The notes under the pieces are model-generated. The model ran no database searches. It worked only from the letters and a program-made list of their open reading frames with translations, and was not told the origin of the DNA. Shown piece after piece: positions 24,035 through 37,055 of a stretch of DNA of 64,000 nucleotides. This DNA comes from Podarcis muralis. Lineage: Eukaryota. The DNA lies in the NCBI RefSeq assembly GCF_964188315.1, contig NC_135671.1, positions 14,508,001-14,572,000 on the forward strand. Direction: 5' to 3'. The position numbers were made by a program, and so were the translations under genes. Position 1 is the first letter of the stretch. Each line of letters begins with the position of its first letter.

Positions 24035-25388
24035 AAAACCTTGCTTGGCTATATATATATATATATATCCATCCTGTTTGTTGATTTTCAGCCTCAGTCC
24101 AGAACCTTAGATGAAATGCATTTTATCAACTCTCCTGTGAATGAAATGAAACCTGTCAACTTTCCAATTACTTATGTGAAGAGAGAGAATTTTTTAAAAT
24201 ATCAAGAAAGGAGTTTTGGGTGCCTTCCTTTGGGCAAGTAAAACGGCAACATTCATTTTGTCTGCCAGAAGGAAATGGAAGTTTGATTTGGGCACAGGGA
24301 GCAGCAGCTCCAAATGGAACACATTCTGCGAGAAAATATCAAATTGTATATTACTCCAGACTAGTTTCAAAATATCTTTAACCCTTAGGTGAAATTTGCT
24401 TGGCATTCTTCAGTACATGTAAATGGAAGTATACTGAGAAAGGATTGTATCTGCAATCCCAACTATATCTACTCAGAAGTCAGTCTTTTTTTAATTCAGT
24501 GGGGCTTACTCCCAGGTAAATGAGATTAGGATTGTGGCCTAAATCATACTGAGAAGAGATCCATTGAAAGCAATGATTTCTATGGGTTTACTCTGAACAT
24601 GACTTGCTGGATGCAATCCAGAATGGATTACCCTTTATGACGCAGAATGTTCAAACGTTTATAGTTTTAAATATGCAGATCAGCAGTAAGATTAGGGATG
24701 CTTCAAGAATTTGAATGTCAGTAATTCCAATACAAATTGGATCAAATTGATCTGCACCTCTTGGACAAATGTGCAGGTCTGAACTTAGGAACTCACCAGG
24801 CATTGCACCTTCCCCCAAGGTTGTGACACAGTTGAAAGGTGCCTATGTTTTAAAATGCACATTTTAATAGGGAATACGTTTGAAAGAAAATGTGTTTAAC
24901 ATATGCAATTAAATGGGCATTTTTGCAAATTAATGTGAAAAGTGAAAGCAGAATGATTTTTGGTGAAGACGTACAAAATCTTTGTGGACAGGAAATAAGG
25001 CCGCTATCCACAATTTGGTTGCAATCCTCTCTTTTTTGCATTTGTTCAAACTAAAAAGAATGACTTGTAATGAGGAGGATGTAAGTTCTTCAGCTAAGTC
25101 ACAAATTGTTGTCTCCTTGTCTACAGATAGAGGGGCCAGAAACCTGTTTCTCTGGTTCTGCTGCCCTAGAGAGGGGCCTCAACTGAGTTATCATTCAGAG
25201 AGTAGCCTGTAATAGTCTCCATGTAACTATCACAGATTCACTTGACAGTGCTAGCCGTAGCAGTTAGGAGTATTGGAGACTTTTGACAAAAATGGAAATG
25301 GAAGCAGAAATTGCCAAAATTCACTAATTTGTCCCATCAGTTGTGTCTGTGCATGTGTGTGTTGTAAGGTAGGTAAAGGTAATAATCT

Positions 25389-25738
25389 AAAGGTAAAGGG
25401 ACCCCTGACCATTGGTCCAGTCGTGACCGACTCTGGGGTTGCAGCGCTCATCTCGCTTTATTGGCCGAGGGAGCCGGCATACAGCTTCCGGGTCATGTGG
25501 CCAGCATGACTAAGCTGCTTCTGGCAAACCAGAGCAGTGCACGGAAACACCGTTTACCTTCCCGCTGGAGCGGTACCTATTTATCTACTTGCACTTTGAC
25601 TTGCTTTCGAACTGCTAGGCTGGCAGGAGCAGGGACTGAGCAACAGGAGCTCACCTCATCACGGGGATTCGAACCGCCAACCTTCTGATCAGCAAGTCCT
25701 AGGCTCTGTGGTTTAACCCACAGCACCACCCGCGTCCC
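25389..25738 (+). mobile_element. Sauria SINE (Squam1), full length
   Basis: Collinear with other copies; gtaaaggtaata is present on both flanks. Confidence 0.93.
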
Positions 25739-26123
25739 AAGTAAAGGTAATATTTACAGATAAATTGTAAACAGGTAAGAACATTGGCAGGATTATTGTA
25801 ATAACCTGCAGTTTTATAAAAGTATATATTTAAAGTAGATGAATAAATTAGCAAATTAAGTTAATTTGGATATGCAGAAAAAATAAATTTAAGGAACCGC
25901 AAAAGAAGGGGAAGAAAGTCAAGTATGTTAAAATGATTGTAAAATTAGTGAAATGTACAAACCTGAAAAGCATATATATAGGCTTTCTGCACTGCCTTAG
26001 GGGAAGGGAGAAAATGCCTCAAACTTTTTCATTGATGAGTATTTCAAAGATCTGATATCATGTTCTGTATCTTTGTAATCAGGCAAACCCTGGCAAGAAC
26101 TGTGTGGCACCTTTCTTGTTAGA

Positions 26124-26482
26124 GGACACGGGTGGCGCTGTGGTTTAAACCACTGTGCCGCTTGGACTTGCCGATTGGAAGGTTGGCGGTTCGAGGCCCC
26201 ACGACGGGGTGAGCTCCCATTTTTCGGTCCCTGCTCCTGCCAACCTAGCAGTTTGAAAGCACATCAAAGTGCAAGTAGATAAATAGGTACCTCTCCAGTG
26301 GGAAGGTAAACAGTGTTTCCGTGTGCTGCTTTGGCTTCGTGGCTTAGTCATGCTGGCCACATGACCCGGAAAAACTGTCTGCAGACAAACGCCGGCTCCC
26401 TCGGCCTGTAAAGCAAGATGAGTGCCACAACCCTAGAGTTGTTCGCGGCTGGACTTAACTGTCAGGGGTCCCTTTACCTTTA
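26124..26482 (-). mobile_element. Sauria SINE (Squam1), full length
   Basis: Reverse-complement copy. Perfect 13-bp TSD ctttcttgttaga at 26111-26123 and 26483-26495. Confidence 0.93.
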
Positions 26483-27392
26483 CTTTCTTGTTAGACCATT
26501 CAAACTGCAGGTGACAAATCCCCACAAGGATGAATGTTGCTAGTTACAAGGTTCCCTGCCTACAGAAAGTAAGCATTTCAGGAAGAAGTGTTTTAACCTT
26601 CTCTGTGTCTGTGTGTGTGTTTTGTGTGTGTGTGTGTGTGTGTACAGAGGAGAATTGAACTATCTGACCTCCCACCTGGGGTCCAAATGAGTAAAATAGA
26701 TAGATAGAATATAGATGATAGATAGATAACACCCTGTATTGTGCATTTTTTTTATATGTGTAGATCTTATGTTGTTACATCTCCAGGTTGCTCATCTGAT
26801 GAGGTTAGCCGTCAGAAGAAGGAAGATGAAATAGGGAAGCAAAAATGAACACAGGAAAACTAAAACACCGCAGCTCTTATTGACCCTTCAGAAGCAAGTC
26901 TGATGAAAAATAATGCAAGGCAGAGAAAAACAGCAAAGGTTGCCTCTGGAAGGCCACTCACCCTATCTCTGTGCTCTTCTGCAAGACTTAACAAAATCCC
27001 TACTGTGGCCAGAATAATTTTACATTGCAGCAGCAGCAGCGCAGAGACTGGCACTCTTTTTAATGCTGCTGAGTCATGGGTTAATACATCTTTTAGATGT
27101 ACTACAACTGGATTGGGGTGTGAGTGTGCGCCAGCGCGCTGCTTTACAATTATGTAAAGTAGGTTAAGGAAGTGTGTGACCTAAATTATCACCATCCTTT
27201 CGCTGCAGAAAGGGGAAGCAGTCCCATGGAAACCTATTGCACAACCAAATGAGAAAGCTGAAAGGTTTGCAACAGAGGAGGGAGCTATGGCACATCGTTT
27301 GAATTAAATACAGCCACTCACTTCAAAAGAAAGAAAGCCGCAATCAAAATTGGCACAGGCGTTATTTTTTGCAAAGTGTCACACACTCTCTG

Positions 27393-27437
<45 letters not shown>

Positions 27438-28585
27438 CTTATTTATATAGGCCCATAGTTTTGTCTGTTAAGCCTGTCTTCCCTTTTATACTGTTGTTCT
27501 CAATGTTATTTGATTTTGCTGTTCCTAATGGTGGCTATCTGTCCTGAGTGGTGAATCTGCATTGGAGCGACTGGGAATCTCTGGTTTTCCAAATGTCAGT
27601 TAGTTGAGGTCCATGATGTTTTGGGGAATGCAAAAGAAGAAGGCTGCTACCAGAACTAGAGACAAGGGGAAGCAGCAAGGGAAGTGGAGGAAGGGGTGAA
27701 CAGAGAAACAATGTGTGTTTGTTTCAACTACACCACAGCATGGAATGGGATCTGCCTGCCTGTAGGCCACATTTGACAAGTGGGCAGGTTCTCCCCTTTG
27801 CAGATGCCCCCTCTGGCCCAGATACCTCATTACCTGCCATATACCTCACAGCATATGACCATGGCTTGGTCAAAACGACCTGGAGACAAGTGCTGGATCT
27901 ACATTGATCTGCAAAACATTATTAACTATAACGTTATATAACTCTCAGTGCAGTTTCCCATTGTCGAAGGCTCGCTGCTCTACAGCACCCTCTGGTGTCA
28001 CATTTTTATAACACATTTCTAACATTATAACCAATGGGTGTAGATGAGCCTAATTTAGCCCATTGACCAGAGATTCATTAACCCTGCATTACACATACTT
28101 TGATTTAGATTGAGGCTCCATCACAGTCAGAGTTGGTGTCAGGACTCAGAATCCTTTGACAGATGCTGTTGCCCCAGCATCTTTCCAATTGTTTAAAGTT
28201 TTTTCTTAAGTAGCCAGTCATTTTAATGCTTGATCTGTACTGCTTTAACGGGTATTCTTTACTGTTTTTTTATGAATGGGAGGTATATAAATACTTTACA
28301 AATGGAATACAATAACTCACAATCTATGTGCTAATAGCTTAACTGCAAAAGGTTTCTCAGAAAAAAGGTGTGCAGAAGATTTGTTGGGCTCCCTAATAAT
28401 AAACTAAGACTTGGGGCTTCTACAGAAGTCCAAGCAGAGATCTGCAAGTGATTCGTGGCCTTGGTGATGCAGATAGCTTTAAAGAGCTGCAGACGAGTAT
28501 TTGTGAAACTATGTCTTCGGGTTTAACTGTTTATGCCAGAATGTGGAAGGAACTGTAGCACCAGCAGCTCTGCCAACTTCTGTCT

Positions 28586-28799
28586 TGTTGTTGTATTGTT
28601 GTTTAGTCGTGTCCGACTCTTCATGACCCCGTGGACCAGAGCACACCAGGCACTCCTGTCTTCCACTGCCTCCCGCAGTTTGGTCAAACTCATGTTCGTA
28701 GCTTAGAGAACACTGTCCAACCATCTCGTCCTCTGTCACCCCCTTCTCCTTGTGCCCTCAATCTTTCCCAACATCAGGGTCTTTTCCATGGAGTCTTCT
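28586..28799 (-). mobile_element. RTE-BovB LINE 3' end
   Basis: Minus strand translates to DSMEKTLMLGKIEGTRRRG..., then ggggtcatgaagagtcggacacgactaaac and an (AAC)n tail, the BovB ORF C-terminus and 3' end. Confidence 0.9.
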
Positions 28800-29704
28800 A
28801 CCTTAAGGAAAATGCCAAGATCAGGAAGGGGGAGGGGGACATCCTTTGCAATGGAAGGAATAGTTCGCAATCAAAGGGAATGGTTTTACCCTCAGTCTCC
28901 TAACCCAGTTGTCTGCAAGAGGAAGTAGAATTGCAAGAGCAAAACACCTGTCTCCTCTAAAGTTCAGAAAGATACCAGAATGGGAAGAGAAGGTCAGTGG
29001 GAGCTCTCCATGGTGATTGTCAGACCAAGCTTGTACGTGTCTCGCACGCATGCTGCTGGGCTTAATTGCCTGCAGTTTGGCAGGTTTCTCACCCAGGGGC
29101 ATCTCCCTGCAGTTTCCAGGCTGACTGCCCACAAAACAACTGTGTGTTTCCTTTTTCACACATCCCAAAATGGTAAAATGTGTCTATGCAGAAAAATCAC
29201 TGCAGTGATCATTCTGAAATTTGTAAGGCTTCATCTGCTCAGAAATGCTTGAAAATTTTGATAGAAAAAAAGACAGGGGGCTTTTTTTTTCTAGAAAAGA
29301 TTGCATTTTAGAGATGTCCACCACAAAAACCCCTGGGCAAATTTGCCTGTAATTTAGCGGGCTTTTCCCATTCTGAAGGGCCTAATATGCCTGCAAATTT
29401 TAGACACGTCTATCAACAGAAAAATGTTATGGCCATATTTGCTTTTATTTTCGATAAGAAATGAGCAGATCTCTAAAACTATGCTGGCTACTCTTGTGGG
29501 GAAACCCCTGCAGTTATCAAGTTGCTTTATCCTCTCACAAGGGGTAACACAGCCTGAAAATTTTATCTAATTCGTTCCCCAAAATAAAAATGTGCCCAAG
29601 GACCTATTTTCCTTAACTTTAGCAGATTTTATCCACTCTGGAAGAGCCACAAGGCCAGGAAATTTCATCCATGTCTTGTCCAGTCAAAAAAGAGAGAAAG
29701 ATTA

Positions 29705-29919
29705 CAGTGGTACCTCTGGTTATGTACTTAATTCGTTCTGGATGTCCGTTCTTAACCTGAAACTGTTCTTAACCTGAAGCACCACTTTAGCTAATGGGAC
29801 CTCCCACTGCCGCCGCGCGATTTCTGTTCTTATCCTGAAGCAAAGTTCTTAACCCGAGGTACTATTTCTGGGTTAGCGGAGTCTGTAACCAGAAGCATAT
29901 GTAACCTGAGGTACGACTG
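29705..29919 (-). mobile_element. Tc1/mariner (pogo/Tigger-type) MITE
   Basis: Termini ta|cagtggtacctc ... gaggtacgactg|ta. Confidence 0.9.
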
Positions 29920-31728
29920 TATAGCTATTATTTTTATTGTTATTGTTTTTAGTATTAATATTTCTCAATAGTGAATGAAGGAATAGTACACAAAGCTGAC
30001 ACATATAAATAGCTCAAAACAGGCAATCTAGGAAGCACCTCAGACTGAGCTTGCTTCTTTTACAAAGTACCAAATCCAGATCAACTCTTGTGGTTGGGGC
30101 ACAACCTTAAAAGAAACACGGGGAGAGAAAACAGTATTTTATCTTATCAAAATTATTCTGCCTCCTTCCAAAATTCCTCAGGTGTTTTCTCCTGGGAAGG
30201 AATCCCCACACACCAATTTTCTTTCTTTAGTTTTGCTCCGAATGGAATTCAGTGACTTCTTAGGGGTGTACAAGACCCCATAAGTCATCTCATTGAAATA
30301 CTTTTACGTTTCCTCAAAATGCCTCAGAGCTTTTCTCTGAGGAGAAACCCTTAATTCACTTTAGACAATAGTTGGGTGGCGATTCTATTTAGCAGCTGCC
30401 ATTCACTTCGGATTTTTTGCTTATGTGTGAATACTCTTCCAATGTTTCAAGCCAAGCAGCACAGAGTTTAAAAATAGATGTTGCTCATCTATTTTTCATT
30501 GGTTATGAATTTCACAACAGCTCCCACTAGATTACTGTAGACTCTTCAAGGGCGACGCTAATAGTAATAAAATATTATATTTACAAGGAGAGAAACACAG
30601 AGTCTGTCGGACACAAAATAACACAACCGTAAATATTATCTCCTTTTTTAATGGCCCGGTGCTGATATTTATCATGGCTGCCCACATTCTTATTGCTAAG
30701 CTGTTTATCTTCATAACACTAGACAAACACTTAGGAGAGTTTTACACAGCTGCCTGTCACCCCAGGTCAGTCTAAACAGGGCTGTAGCTTAACCCACCAC
30801 TGACATCACCGGAGCTGTTCAGACAAAGACCCTCAGCTTGTTATTTCATGGTCAGCAAATAATAGCTGAGGAGGTTTTGGATTCATGCCAAGTTAACCAG
30901 GGTGTAATATAATTGGAATTGCCTTGCCTTTAGCAGCTGCTTGAGACAAATTCATATGCTTTACTAGCCATCCGCAATAAGCTATAGATGTTGGGTTATA
31001 CCCAGAATCATGCTAAGTGTAAAAAGTTAGCATCAAATTTGTTCTTCTAGTGGGTCAATCCTTAGTACAACTTGAAATCTCCATCCTTCCTCCAAAACAT
31101 GGTCCAAACAATTAATAGCATACCTCTATACATGTCTACTCAGTGGGGAATTTACTCTGGGTATGTGTGTATTACTGCCTTTGTAAGTCTCTATAACACT
31201 TCTTTCTTTCCATCTTAATCTATTTCAAATTGTGGGGTTTGATTCTTCATAATCACAGGCAACATCTCTTTGTCTCACAACACATTGTCTCCTAATATGC
31301 ACATTTTTGTACACAATCTTGCCTACTACAGTCAAACCACGGATCCTGAATTCCTCCGTTTCAGAATGTTTTGGCTCCCGAACACCAAAAACCTGGAAGT
31401 AATTGCTCCGGTTTGCAAACATTTTTCGGAAGCCAAACATCTGGTGCGGCTTCTGCTGAGTGCAGGAAGCTCCTGTAACCAACCGGAAGCCACGTCTGGA
31501 TTGTCAAACAGTTTCAGAAGCCAAATGGGCTTCTGGAATGGATTATGTTTGACAACCAAGGTTTGACTGTATATGCATTTTTTGCACTAATATGTGCATT
31601 TTGGGAACATTACCGGTATATGCATTTTTGTGCCCATGGCTTGGTTGGCGAAATTTGGATGCCTGCAAATTCCCAAAGGTGGCTGTGTTTCAGTTTTTAT
31701 ATGGTTTCAGAAAGTGTGAATAAGGGTA

Positions 31729-32324
31729 AAAGTAAAGGGACCCCCGACGATTAGGTCTAGTCGGGGCCGACACTGGGGTTGTGGTGCTCATCTTGCTTTA
31801 TTGGCCGAGGGAGCCGGTGTACAGCTAATCGAGATTAGTCACATGATTAATCGAGAGCCAGTGTGGTGTAGTGGTTAAGAGCGGTAGTCTCATAATCTGG
31901 GAAACCAGGTTCGAGTCTCCGCTCCTCCACATGCAGCTGCTGGGTGACCTTGGGCCAGTCACACTTCTTTGAAGTCTCTCAGCCCCACTCACCTCACAGA
32001 GTGTTTGTTGTGGGGGAGGAAGGGAAAGGAGAATGTTAGCCGCTTTGAGACTCCTTAAAGGGAGTGAAAGGCTGGATATCAAATCCAAACTCTTCTTCTT
32101 CTTCTTCTGGAGAACCAGAGCAGTGCACGGAAACACCGTTTACCTTCCCGCCGGAGCGGTACCTATTTATCTACTTGCACTTTGACGTGCTTTTGAACTG
32201 CTAGGTTGGCAGGAGCAGGGACCGAGCAATGGGAGCACACCCTGTCACGGGGATTCAAACCACCGACCTTCTGATCGGCAAGTCCTAGGCTCCGTGGTTT
32301 AACCCACAGCGTCACCTGCGTCCC
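31729..32324 (+). mobile_element. Sauria SINE split by a Squam3 insertion
   Basis: 5' part to 31825 and 3' part 32108-32324. TSD tgtgaataagggta at 31715-31728 and 32326-32339. Confidence 0.88.
31855..32107 (+). mobile_element. Squam3 (Ther1/MIR-derived CORE SINE)
   Basis: tRNA-like head gagccagtgtggtgtagtggttaagagc, CORE-like gctgggtgaccttgggccagtcac, and a (CTT)n tail. Confidence 0.85.
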
Positions 32325-33244
32325 TTGTGAATAAGGGTATTTAAGTGCACACTGAATTGTTTCAACCCACATGGGTGTGGCAGGTTTATTCAATATGACT
32401 ATTTGAACCTGTAGCCATAGACATTAAAACTGAACAAAATACAACATGCTAATAATCTTTGGAACATATAAGGGATATAGTTCTTTTGAACACCATAAAA
32501 GGTCTTTCAGGGGTGGGGGGATGGGAAAAGCTACCACCACCAAGGATGATGTTTGCATTTTAATTCCCTGTCCTCTGAGTGAAACTCCAAATGAAATTAT
32601 CATTTCAAGGGAAAATGCATAATGAGACTGAATGACAGGTCCTCTTAACTGGGAACTCATTAGCATAGGACAGATTTTGCTCCAATGACCTCAGCAAGCG
32701 TTATGCCATTGTCCTTGTGAAACAGTCATTCCAGCAAAAGTTGGCAATACTGAGCCTGTCCCATAGGTCAAGCTGGCTGAGCGAAAACATGCCATTAATC
32801 TGATGCAAAGTAAACAGGAATTGTGCTGTTTTTCATCCTGCGCAAGGACTTGCCACCGCAGAGACATCATTAACATACGCACAATCTCCTTGTTTATGGC
32901 CATTATTAAAATGCTCGCTAGACAAATTTCATCATAAAAGCAGCCCCTTTTATCCTTTGTCACCTTTCCCCCGCCCCCTGCTGCTGTGAGATTCAAGTTT
33001 CAGAAGTCATAGTTCTTCTATCATTGGACTGCAATTCATCCATTGGAGTAAAGGCTGTTATCTGAGTGAAAGTAATGGTGTATATTTGGTTGGGAGCGAG
33101 AGTGGTCCTTGCCTCTAGTGGGGTAGGGGAGCTTTGTTCCCTCTCAACAGTGTCTCTGATTGCAGCTAAGTTGCTTTGAACCATAGATTTGATTTCTACA
33201 ATGCACTCTGACTGGGGCTCCCCTTGAGCCTAGTGTTGGACTCA

Positions 33245-33343
33245 TTGTTGTTGTTTAGTTGTTTAGTCATGTCCGACTCTTCATGACCCCATGGACCAGA
33301 GCACGCCAGGCACTCCTGTCTTCCACTGCCTCCCGCAGTTTGG
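33245..33343 (-). mobile_element. RTE-BovB, strongly 5'-truncated 3' end
   Basis: Matches 28586-28685; flanked by duplicated ttggactcatt. Confidence 0.85.
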
Positions 33344-33350
33344 ACTCATT

Positions 33351-34092
33351 CCCTCCAGCACTTCTCTGATGAAAATAGGGGCACCCTATTCCATAATAAT
33401 AAGGAAAATAATTTTATTATTTATTACCCCCCCCCCATCTGACTGGGTTGCCCCAGCCACTCTGGGCTGCTTCCAACATATATAAAAACATAATAAAATA
33501 TTAAACATCAAAAAACTTCCCTATATAGCAGGGATGTCCAACTCCCAAGAGACTGCAATCTACTCCGGGGGGGGGGGGGGGATTGTGGTGATCTTCTCAT
33601 TTTTTGGGGGGGGGGAATCTAAAGCTGTTGAACTTTTTTTAAGGGGGGGCAAGCCAAAGTTGTTGAGCTTTTCTTGGGGGGGGGGGAGCCAAAGCTGTTG
33701 AAATATTTTTAGGGGGGGGAACCTATTAGTTCTACCGCTTGAGGAGGTGCGTCATAAATTGCAAAACAAGAAGTAATCCTGCCAGCGGTAACTCCATCTT
33801 CCGTTCCGGAAAACGTGCACGATTAAAGGAGAGAGGAATTTGAACCCGCGATTGACTTCTAACAACCGGGGGTCAACCTATCAATTGTGGTCGACCAGTT
33901 GGGCATCCCTGCTATATAGGGCTGCCTTCAGATGGTTTGCGGGTCGCGTAACTCCATACCCTTCAACGTTTCTCTGGTAAAAATAGGGACGTCCTAAGGA
34001 AAAGCAGGACATTCTGGGATCAAATCAGAAACTGGGATGGCTTCTGTAAATCCGGGACTGTTCCTGGAAAATAGGGACACTTGGAGGGTTTG
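33351..34092 (+). mobile_element. Composite hAT-like MITE with L2 fragment, interrupted by a second hAT MITE
   Basis: Same architecture as 13422-13776. Confidence 0.72.
33529..33911. mobile_element. hAT MITE
   Basis: TIR cagggatgtccaact / agttgggcatccctg. Perfect 8-bp TSD ctatatag at 33521-33528 and 33912-33919. Confidence 0.9.
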
Positions 34093-35141
34093 TTGAACTT
34101 ACATCACTTAGGGAAGAGCTTTTTTGCTATTTGAGCAGGCACTTTAAGTAGGTTTGTTCTGATTTTATGATTACTTTATCTTTATGGTATCTTTTCAACC
34201 ATGCTGTACACCTCTTAGAGACTATAGTGTTAAGTGCTATATGAATTGCTGAAACAGACAATAAACACTAACCAGAACTCAACGGGAGCCACAGAAGATA
34301 TTCATTCATTCATTTATTTGTATACATAAATAAATGTGTATACATCAGATTGCTGAAACTGTTGCCTGTCAATGAGCATTGCTTGGGCCACTGATGGCAA
34401 AATATCAAGGGCAGAATATATAATCTTGGATTAGCTGTGATGCATGTATTGCAGGGGTTTGGACTAGATGACCCAGGATTTAAATCCAACAATAAGAGCT
34501 AATTGAAATGTTTCTTGCAAAGAGGTAGCCTAAAACAGCGCAAACTTTTGCCTGCTTGCAGAGAAAGGTGGCACCACAAACACCATTGAGGAGGTGTCAG
34601 ATGAGTCTCTCTGGGGATACTTTTCCATACCTGAGGTTTCATGAATGAGAAAGTTCTTCCATTAGTAGCCACCTGCTTCACTTCAGTTGGTGGTGACCCC
34701 TGAACAGGGTCTCCAAAGAAAAATGTCCAGGAAGAAGAAGGTTCAGGTAGGCATATATGTATCATACTAAGCCGAAGGCCCCCCTTCCACCCCACACACT
34801 CAATTGACAAAGCTCAGGATCCTTCTCTTCCAGAACTCACATTAGTGACCCATTTCACAAGCAGCAAACTGTTTTTATTTATTCATTTTTATTTCCTTGT
34901 ACTTACACCCCAGTCTGACCTCCAATGGGAGCATAGAGCAGTGGATTCTACAAAATATTGCCGCAGTAAAAAACAGCAATGAAATAAATTTCAGACATCA
35001 CATCAAGTCCAAATATAAAGCCACAGAATAAAACAGCAATTGTAAAGTCAGCAAAACAATTGGTTACATACCAAGAGCCTGGACAAAGAGGAAAGTGCTT
35101 ACTGAAACTACTGGCAGTATTGACACCTGAACATTCTTGAT

Positions 35142-35393
35142 CAGGGGTCAGCAAACGTTTTCAGCAAGGGGCCAGTCCACTGTCCCTCAGACCTTGTGGG
35201 GGGCCGGGCTATATTTTGTAGGGGGGGTAATGAACAAATTACTATGCCCCACAAACAACCCAGAGATGCATTTTAAATAAAAGGGCACATCCTACTCATG
35301 TAAAAGCACACTGATTCCCAGACCGTCCGCAAGCCGGATTTAGAAGGCGATTGGGCCGGATCCGGCCCCCAGGCCTTAGTTTGCCTACCCATA
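35142..35393. mobile_element. hAT (Charlie-like) MITE
   Basis: Termini caggggtcagcaaac / tttgcctacccata. Perfect 8-bp TSD ttcttgat at 35134-35141 and 35394-35401. Confidence 0.9.
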
Positions 35394-36993
35394 TTCTTGA
35401 TGGTCATTTCCCTTTCTGCTCTAGATGTATGGACCTTGGTGCCTTGTGAGGAGATTGGTGGAGGTGACAGGGGTAGGAGAAAGAGAGAGCATTGTACCGT
35501 TATATAAGTACATTCTGCCCTGTTTTTCATGTCATTCTGATATATGCATTTCAATAAGTAAATAGATTCAATAAGTATATAGAATATATTTACATTCTAA
35601 ATGTATTTTCTCTCAACAGCCTCATTTCTAAAATGCATTTTTTTTTTAGTCAGGAGCTGTGTCGGAATATTTTTCTGGAAAGTGCAAAAACCACTGGATA
35701 ATGAAGTTTCCATTTGAGCATTAGTCTGGGAGGTATGAATGAGGTCAGTTCATACATCAGACTTCACAGACATCAAAATCCTCTGCCACCCATATTAGAA
35801 ACACTTTTATTCAATTCTTTGCCAGCATTTTAAGTGCACCATCATAAATGCTGCTGCATAACCCATCTCCAGCTCCATTTGAGAGACCATAATGCAGGTT
35901 TTGCCAAGCCGGTCCCTTCCAGATGTTTGGGATGGCAATTCCCATCAAATTCCAGAGGGACCAGTTTGGAGGTGGCTGCACTAGTGTGTGGCATGATTTG
36001 GCTTTTACATACATACATTAACAATTTTGTCCCATCTATTGTGCAAATTCTAGACACGCTGCATGGTGCACAATTTCTTCACATTTGCCAGACCATGTAA
36101 AAGTTAGGGGAAATGTGAGTGGGACCACAAATGGTCATTGTGCACTTTTGGCATGTGTCACACAGAATATACACATGATCAGCCCATGAAATGAAATTGT
36201 GCACATCTCTAGTCAATAGGCCTTGGGCAATGTGCATATCTCAATGGAATTTCTCTGGGTAGTATGCATAATCTCCAAGACGTTCTCTGGACAGTGTGCA
36301 TAATCTCCAAGACACATTGCAATTGTGATGCACTTTCATGCACGCTTCCTTTGAGCAAAGGGATTGCAACACCAAACTGCCATTCCCATAAACTCAATGG
36401 AATAGCCTACACCTGTGGGATTCCTGTGTGTGCATCATCAGAGTGTTTGCAAAGCTCTTGACCGGTAACTCAGTCTTGATATGCCCTCTGATAAAGGACA
36501 CACTTGCTAGGTGTGCTCATTCAATTCCTTTGGGGAAAGGTTATGAGGTTTAATAGTGTCGATTGAATGTTGATGTAGTCAAGAAAAGATTCAGTGGGAA
36601 TTGGATAGCACCCTAAAGGTATTAAAATGTGTCATACTATTACATAGCAATTACTACTGAGTGTGTACTGCAAACTCAGCCATTGATTTTATGTCTGGCA
36701 TTCCATACAAATTTGTTAAAACAACAGAAGAAAAAAGAAAAATCAATTTTTTTTTCTTTTCTCCTCATCCTTTTCTAATTGAATCAACGACCATTTGGAA
36801 TGAGAATACCTGCAATATTTCACCGCGAAACAAACTCTCCTGAAAAAAACTCATTCAGTCAAACAGGTTGGATACTGGAGAGAGTCAAAGATGGTGGAAG
36901 CTGCAGCTTAAAGATTTTGCAGCTTAATTATTTTGACGACCTGTTGATACTAAGGACCTAAGAAGCTATTCCTAGAAGCATCACACTGTTAAA

Positions 36994-37055
36994 AAGGAAG
37001 GAAGGAAGGAAGGAAGGAAGGAAGGAAGGAAGGAAGGAAGGAAGGAAGGAAGGAA
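36994..37055. repeat. (GGAA)n microsatellite
   Basis: Direct reading. Confidence 0.95.

Noticed and set aside
31855-31930. tRNA genes at the SINE heads (also 42485, 55540-55609, 58508, 59770-59825)
   Set aside because: The A/B-box-like motifs belong to SINE heads followed by CORE or LINE-derived bodies; there is no complete cloverleaf with a proper terminator.
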